Origin: Saprospiraceae bacterium
GTDB lineage: Bacteria; Bacteroidota; Bacteroidia; Chitinophagales; Saprospiraceae
Assembly: GCA_965230575.1 (NCBI GenBank)
Contig: OZ246013.1
Coordinates: 5,338,798 to 5,402,797, forward strand
Length of the DNA stretch: 64,000 nt
Reading direction: 5' to 3'
Of the stretch, positions 62,501 to 64,000 are shown in pieces. A program made the translations under genes and the position numbers. The first letter of the stretch is position 1. Each line of letters starts with the position of its first letter. A model generated the notes under the pieces. It saw only the letters and a list, made by a program, of their open reading frames with translations, was not told the DNA's origin and did not search any database.

Positions 62501-62607
62501 CTGATGATTTGAAAGGAACAGTTAGAAGATCAAATAGAAATACAAAGTCTTCAAAGAGCTTTGGTAGAGCTGCGGCAGCTGCTGCGGCGGCATCATCTGC
62601 TGAATAA
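59503..62607 (+). CDS. secDF: Fused protein translocase subunit SecDF
   Basis: 1034 aa. Two periplasmic-domain/6-TM modules typical of a Bacteroidota SecDF fusion. It ends in an unusual poly-Ala tail (RAAAAAAAASSAE). Confidence 0.9.
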   Translation: MQGKGLLKFFLILIAIVSAVQLLYFIPTNKVENAAIEYAQERASNVDEGIKSSTEKFAKAYYLDSISDETVLSIPGLTDYTYSDLKKRQLGFGLDLKGGMSAVLQVDLREVLEALAGSKKNDKDFVAALNKASEDLKSSSSDYITLFANAFRSLSPDKRMGKIFQRSKRLDINNDTSDGDVIKLLRTEADETVDRTFKMLKERIDRSGVVQPNISLDATRDLILVEMPGVENTKRMEDLIQASAQLEFWDTYRIGDPGVAQMFTEADKRIAASRGEEVTVQMDTTYRYEYDEDGNVSDSTEVVQPSNNVFGSQGPLLSKLRLNGTGGKALYQTVMGLVNKNDVARVKAMLQSDEVKTYFPKNSRFAFSYKPYKDVESGELTDDYELYLIKTTTSGKAPIEGDVVIEASQQIDPTTGQPEVSLTMNSEGAKKWARMTDIAYKNNGREIAITLDSQVVSAPGVNNGAITGGRSSISGSFTIQEAVDFANILEVGKLPAKTKIIQKSIVGPSLGAKNIKSSVTSLIVGFALLLLFMLFYYGKGGVVSIIALLANMFFIFGTLSSLGTVLTLPGIAGIVLTIGMAVDANVIIFERIREELRAGLPTLAAITKGFKASYSAIIDANVTTLLVASVLAYYGLGPIKGFAIVLIIGVLSSLLTAVLFGKLMIDGYTSTGREMSFWSGWSKNMFANLQINWMSKRRMAYIFSTVLIVAGLASIFTRGFNLGVDFKGGYSYDVQFESKVDQDDIKSKLAVADIFGKAPIVKTVDSDNTYQITTDYLIDDNTDGNDRLVMAKLYEGLKGIDGSTSTAEQFEDSSFEGGMHVVSSSKVGPTIADDIRSSSFYAGIFALILIFLYIFIRFNKWQYSLGAVAALFHDSLIVLGLFSLLKDFMPFSLEIDQAFIAAILTVIGYSINDTVVVFDRIREYLGIYTNKEKDEILNSALNSTFSRTIITSITTLIVVAILLIFGGGTIKGFAFALLIGILVGTYSSIFVATPIVRDLSDDLKGTVRRSNRNTKSSKSFGRAAAAAAAASSAE

Positions 62608-62633
62608 GAAAGACTTAGAAATAGAATAATGAA

Positions 62634-62668
62634 ATGCCTTGGCTTAATTGTCGGGGCATTTTTTTTGC
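62634..62668 (+). terminator. Rho-independent terminator downstream of secDF
   Basis: aatgccttggcttaattgtcggggcattttttttg. Confidence 0.45.
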
Positions 62669-62870
62669 CACGTGGTATTTTTTTCAAAACCAATATTGAA
62701 TATTCAATTTACTCAAAATACAGCCTTGGACTACCTTGGAGACTATCTGGTGCGCTTTGTGCTAGAAAATCACAAAGTCATGAGAATAACATAATTACCT
62801 ATTTACTAATCAATTTTTCATTTTCCTGCGTTATAGTTGATGTAAGCGAATAAAAATTATATTTGTATTC

Positions 62871-64000
62871 ATGTCTAATTTATTTAAATCTTTTTTCATT
62901 CTCAGTATTTTGGCAATTTGCCTATCAGGATGCAGCTTTGGCAAAAAAGTCAAAACTGGTGAGATGGCATATGAAAGAAAACAATATGCTGTTGCAGTCG
63001 AAATGCTATCCAAGGAATATGAAAAATCTGACAATACTAGACTAAGAGCCAGACATTCCTACCTTTTGGGAATGTGCTATGTCTACCTGGAAGAAAATCA
63101 ACTGGCCATAAATTGGCTGGAAAAGGCAGTGGACAAAGGTTATGGAAACGAGGCCTTACTCGCTATCGCCAAAGAATACAAGAAATCAGGTGATTACCTC
63201 TCTTCAATAGGTGCTTACGAACAATTGAAGCTAAATAGCAATTCTTCGAGACAGATCGATAGAGAGATTTATGTATTAAAAGAAGTGGCCTCCTGGACCA
63301 AAGACCCAAATCAAGACATCGATATAGCGCCTATAAATGAAAATTCAGGATTCTCAGAATATTCTCCCGCACTGCTGGACAAGAACTTTTTAGTTTTTAC
63401 ATCTGACAACAATGAAAGTACTGGTGGAGAGACATATAAGTGGACTGGAAATAAACATACGGACCTCTTCGTCATGTTGAAAAATGGCTCGGACATAAAA
63501 AGATTTGATGCCGGAATCAATTCGGATCAAAATGAAGGTACGGCCTGCTTTTCAAAAGATGGAATATCCATGGTGTTTTCAAGATGTTATGTCGAAGGAA
63601 ATTCAGATGGGTTTTGCAAGCTGATGTATAGCGAACGATCTTCAGGCATTTGGTCCGAACCAATACCATTGCCCTTTTTAGAAGAAGGGGTAAATTATGG
63701 CCATCCGACCTTTATTGAAGACGATAGTGTTTTGGTCTTTAGCGCGGAAATGATTGATGGGGTAGGAGGACACGATTTGTATTATGTTGAAAGAATTTTT
63801 GATGAAGAGGGAAATTTTGAATGGGCCGATCCATTTATTTTTCCACAAACCGTAAATTCGGCAGGGAATGAAATGTTTCCTTCAGGAGATGGAGATACAC
63901 TCTATTTTTCATCGGATTATTTTGCAGGACTTGGAGGGTTGGATATTTTTAAAACGTGGTTGCAACCAAATGGACAATGGGCACCTCCGCAAAATTTGAG
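62871..64000 (+). CDS. Lipoprotein with an N-terminal TPR region and TolB-like PD40 beta-propeller repeats. The 3' end is cut off by the window edge.
   Basis: I translated from the ATG at 62871: MSNLFKSFFILSILAICLSGCSFGKK... (lipobox). TPR-like helices are followed by repeated ...FTSD / FSKDG / VFSAE / YFSSD blade motifs. No stop codon before position 64000. The ORF track lists no ORF in this frame. Confidence 0.6.
   Translation, partial: MSNLFKSFFILSILAICLSGCSFGKKVKTGEMAYERKQYAVAVEMLSKEYEKSDNTRLRARHSYLLGMCYVYLEENQLAINWLEKAVDKGYGNEALLAIAKEYKKSGDYLSSIGAYEQLKLNSNSSRQIDREIYVLKEVASWTKDPNQDIDIAPINENSGFSEYSPALLDKNFLVFTSDNNESTGGETYKWTGNKHTDLFVMLKNGSDIKRFDAGINSDQNEGTACFSKDGISMVFSRCYVEGNSDGFCKLMYSERSSGIWSEPIPLPFLEEGVNYGHPTFIEDDSVLVFSAEMIDGVGGHDLYYVERIFDEEGNFEWADPFIFPQTVNSAGNEMFPSGDGDTLYFSSDYFAGLGGLDIFKTWLQPNGQWAPPQNL

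Overview
This 64 kb window looks like a chromosomal segment from a Bacteroidota genome, probably Flavobacteriia- or Cytophagia-like. The evidence is AT-rich DNA, TAnnTTTG-type -7 promoter boxes, a fused SecDF, a long NusB, and three cargo proteins ending in T9SS C-terminal sorting domains. I count about 50 protein-coding genes and could not recognise any rRNA or tRNA gene or any CRISPR array by eye.

Most genes are housekeeping or metabolism:
- **Core functions:** CcsA (5' truncated), Glu dehydrogenase, PyrG, Fhs, TilS, NusB, GatC, TrmD and SecDF.
- **Carboxylase operon:** a three-gene biotin-dependent acyl-CoA carboxylase operon, with a PduO-type cobalamin adenosyltransferase converging on it.
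- **Redox:** di-haem cytochrome c peroxidase and a ferredoxin-NADP reductase / 2Fe-2S ferredoxin pair.
- **Peptidases:** M20, M24B, M28+PDZ and M32 families.
- **Others:** a PlpD-like patatin/Omp85 protein and a 1485-aa secreted metzincin.

The less ordinary observations, in order of interest:
1. A translationally coupled cluster: an uncharacterised 752-aa P-loop NTPase, then a small MscS-like channel protein, then a CPA-type cation/proton antiporter.
2. A family of near-perfect AT-rich palindromes (core TTTACTAAACTTnTAAAGTTTAGTAAA) at four convergent gene ends, plus one degenerate copy.
3. Two copies of a ~195 bp GC-rich non-coding repeat that bracket a flotillin/NfeD module and an orphan gene.
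4. A 3.3-copy tandem repeat of a 137 bp unit upstream of one of two tandemly duplicated T9SS LVIVD beta-propeller genes.

All calls come from reading the sequence and the ORF translations; I ran no database search.
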